A stretch of DNA of 64,000 nucleotides from Rhynchopus sp. YZ270_cl-10. Its lineage: Eukaryota. Where the stretch lies: NCBI GenBank assembly GCA_964035575.1, contig OZ037845.1, positions 1,178,001 through 1,242,000 of the forward strand, given 5' to 3'. The position numbers were made by a program, and so were the translations under genes. The notes below the pieces were generated by a model. It was given only the letters and a program-made list of their open reading frames with translations, made no database searches and had not been told where the DNA came from. Shown in pieces: positions 61,449 to 64,000 of this stretch (position 1 is the stretch's first letter; each line of letters opens with the position of its first letter).

Positions 61449-62405
61449 TGGTGTGGCTGAAACCAGCAAATTTCACTGCTAAAGAACTGCTAACAAACTG
61501 CTAAATAATACCCTTTTTTTAGGGGTGGTGTATAAAAACATTTTTTTACCTTGGTTTTTCCACTCCCCCTGTTGGCGCGCCTCCACTCTTGCACACCCAT
61601 GTGTGACCCCACCGTTGAACGCAATTGACTCGCTGAGTCAAAAGAACGCACAGAACGGGGCTGGAAAAAATCACGAAAAACGCGTTCCGTGCGCCTGCGG
61701 CGCCTACAAAGTAAGTTTTCCCCTGAGTATGCTGTGTATACTGTGTATACTGTGTATACTGTGTATACTGTGTATACTGTGTATACTGTGTATACTGTGT
61801 ATACTGTGTATACTGTGTATACTGTGTATACTGTGTATACTGTGTATACTGTGTATACTGTGTATACTGTGTATACTGTGTATACTGTGTATACTGTGTA
61901 TACTGTGTATACTGTGTATACTGTGTATACTGTGTATACTGTGTATACTGTGTATACTGTGTATACTGTGTATACTGTGTATACTGTGTATACTGTGTAT
62001 ACTGTGTATACTGTGTATACTGTGTATACTGTGTATACTGTGTATACTGTGTATACTGTGTATACTGTGTATACTGTGTATACTGTGTATACTGTGTATA
62101 CTGTGTATACTGTGTATACTGTGTATACTGTGTATACTGTGTATACTGTGTATACTGTGTATACTGCGGAAATTGACCAAAAACGAGAACTTGTCCATTT
62201 CGGCGAATTGACCCCACCACTGGCCGGACGGATTCCGGAAATGCAAATGCCGGCGTTAAAAAGCTCACCAACGAAAAAAAAAAATTTTTTTTTCCAACAC
62301 CCGTGGGGAAAAAAGTTTTTATACACCACCCCCCCAAAAATGCATGCTAACAAAGTGCTAACAAACTGCTAAATAATACCCTTTTTTTTGGGTTCAGCCA
62401 CACCA
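61449..62405. mobile_element. Second element of the same family, 5-bp TSD GTGAT, carrying a 9-bp tandem array
   Basis: TGGTGTGGCTGAA / TTCAGCCACACCA termini. GTGAT at 61444-61448 and 62406-62410. Confidence 0.85.
61732..62163. repeat. (CTGTGTATA)n tandem array, 48 units
   Basis: Perfect 9-mer array in the centre of the transposon. Confidence 0.97.
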
Positions 62406-62596
62406 GTGATGTAAACGAGAAATATTATGAACTGAAGAAAAGCCCCTTCACTCCTTCACATTCTTTTTTGGAACTCCAGAATTAAGTTGCCCTTTCTCCA
62501 CAGGGAGTTCACCGTACACCCAACAACCCCCCTCCAGGAGAACGAAAAGGGGAGGATAAGGGAGGGGAAGATTATCCAACGACAAACCGCAATGCT

Positions 62597-64000
62597 ATGG
62601 GTGAGCGTTCTGAGAAGAAGAGATTGAGCCATGCGGTGCGTGTTACGGGGATGACCGGGCATGTCATGATGACGATGCGCCGCAAACAGAGTGCCGTGGT
62701 GCGTCCGAAGCTTACGTCATTCCGTTCTTATGTACGCGTTGTGCAGGTTTCCATCCGCATCCACGCAGAGCTGAAGCGCTCGCTTAACCCTCGCGAGAAG
62801 GCGCATTTCCACGATCTCTACTACCGTAATACCTCCTCCTTGCAGAGCCTCGCCAGCATCGAGCAGGTCATCTGCAGTCAAAGCATCACCGTCTCCACCT
62901 CCTTCATCTTCGACACCCTCCGTTGGCTTGGCTGGCAAGAAGGCCATGTCCTCTCCCTCTTCTCCTTCCTTAAGCTCATCTCTGACGTAAAATACCACAT
63001 GAACCGCTGCATCGGGCAGGAACTACAAGAAGCGTTTCTGGCGATGCGCGGTAACGACGTACCTCAAACACCTCCTATGCAGGATCTGGATGAAAGCAGA
63101 ACGATCCATGAGCCTGCCAACGAGGTGCCTTCTGTAACGGGAAGTGCGATTCAAAAGGCGTGTGGTGAGATAGGTCTGGCGGTTGCATTGGAGAATACAA
63201 AGAAATATGATTTTGAAAACTTTAGCACCGCAGTAGTAGGCGATGCGTCTCGAAAGACGTTGGACGATACGCAAAACGACGTTCACATGCAGGAACTGCT
63301 GTACCACGGTGAGGCTGCAGCAAAGAGGTTAATGGGCTGTCGACGCACCTCCGATCACCCAAGACGGAGTGAGCTTCAGTACAAAACGGTGGACGATATT
63401 TCAGTCATCGCAGAACAGTCAGCATACCTAGAGGAAAAGCTTGCGTCGCAGATGAAAGTAACCTCTAAGCACACTGTTGCAGCAGTATTAGCGGGGGTCA
63501 AGCTAACCAAACTTACCAAAGCTGCAAAACAACAGCAAAAAGCATCCCCAAGAGGGATGTTGACCGCACACCCTTCGTTATTGCAGACCATGAAGAAACC
63601 GAATTTTGCGCAGTCCAGAGAGGTGTCGTTTCGGAAGAAACGGATTAGTGTTGTGTCCGCAACATCGTTGTCAGACCCAATGTTAGCTTCACCGTCGCAA
63701 GCGACGACCCCTATGGGGGTGGAAGAGGCTGGACGTGCATTTCCTTATCCCGAAGAAGAGATCGATGGACCCATACACAACGACAACCAGCACATCCCCG
63801 AGGAAGTGCACCCTACCGAAAACATTGATTGGGTAGAAGAAAAGCAGGCGTCCTGCGCATTGGTGGTGCGAGAAGAGGTCGGGCGACCCCAGCACCCACC
63901 TCCACGAAGCTATGCAAGGAGTGTACGGGATTGGCGCGACTCCATGACAATAGATGAAGTAAAGGGGCTCTTAACTGAAGAGCAATTTGTAACATTCTTG
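62597..64000 (+). CDS. 5' part of a gene of unknown function running off the window
   Basis: Hand translation gives 468 stop-free codons from ATG 62597 (MGERSEKKRLSHAV...) to the end. A pyrimidine-rich CACAG acceptor lies near 62500. Absent from the ORF track because it has no stop. Confidence 0.75.
   Translation, partial: MGERSEKKRLSHAVRVTGMTGHVMMTMRRKQSAVVRPKLTSFRSYVRVVQVSIRIHAELKRSLNPREKAHFHDLYYRNTSSLQSLASIEQVICSQSITVSTSFIFDTLRWLGWQEGHVLSLFSFLKLISDVKYHMNRCIGQELQEAFLAMRGNDVPQTPPMQDLDESRTIHEPANEVPSVTGSAIQKACGEIGLAVALENTKKYDFENFSTAVVGDASRKTLDDTQNDVHMQELLYHGEAAAKRLMGCRRTSDHPRRSELQYKTVDDISVIAEQSAYLEEKLASQMKVTSKHTVAAVLAGVKLTKLTKAAKQQQKASPRGMLTAHPSLLQTMKKPNFAQSREVSFRKKRISVVSATSLSDPMLASPSQATTPMGVEEAGRAFPYPEEEIDGPIHNDNQHIPEEVHPTENIDWVEEKQASCALVVREEVGRPQHPPPRSYARSVRDWRDSMTIDEVKGLLTEEQFVTFL

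Noticed and set aside
61490..62372. VYT/CIL/QYT/SIH repeat 'proteins'
   Set aside because: Artefacts of a stop-free 9-bp tandem array inside a TIR element.
62717..62998. Acidic 93-aa minus-strand ORF
   Set aside because: Lies antisense to a 468-codon open + strand frame that fits the orientation of all other genes.

Overview
Eukaryotic nuclear DNA, probably a euglenozoan and most likely a diplonemid. This is inferred from a euglenozoan-type beta-tubulin ending in EQY, all credible genes lying on the + strand, and short canonical GTATG...AG introns. The flanks carry ordinary intron-containing genes (TRF4/PAP2-type nucleotidyltransferase, a NudE-like coiled-coil protein, a ZNFX1-like helicase). 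The centre (about 11.9-44.3 kb) is an unusual island. Eleven blocks built from nine near-identical small-RNA modules (35 intact box C/D snoRNA copies of 8 types, plus 2 copies of a putative single-hairpin AGA-box H/ACA RNA) sit directly upstream of different, nearly all intronless, cargo genes: GSTs, a HIRAN protein, beta-tubulin, an imine-reductase-like enzyme, a 13-domain pacifastin-like inhibitor and a chromodomain protein. The snoRNA calls rest on C/D boxes, terminal stems and antisense elements that hit conserved rRNA methylation sites under the D+5 rule. The window also has several non-autonomous DNA transposons with readable TIRs and TSDs, including an unclassified TGGTG...CACCA family with 5-bp TSDs, and three dispersed hairpin motifs, two with covarying stems. 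Everything was read by eye and no database searches were run.
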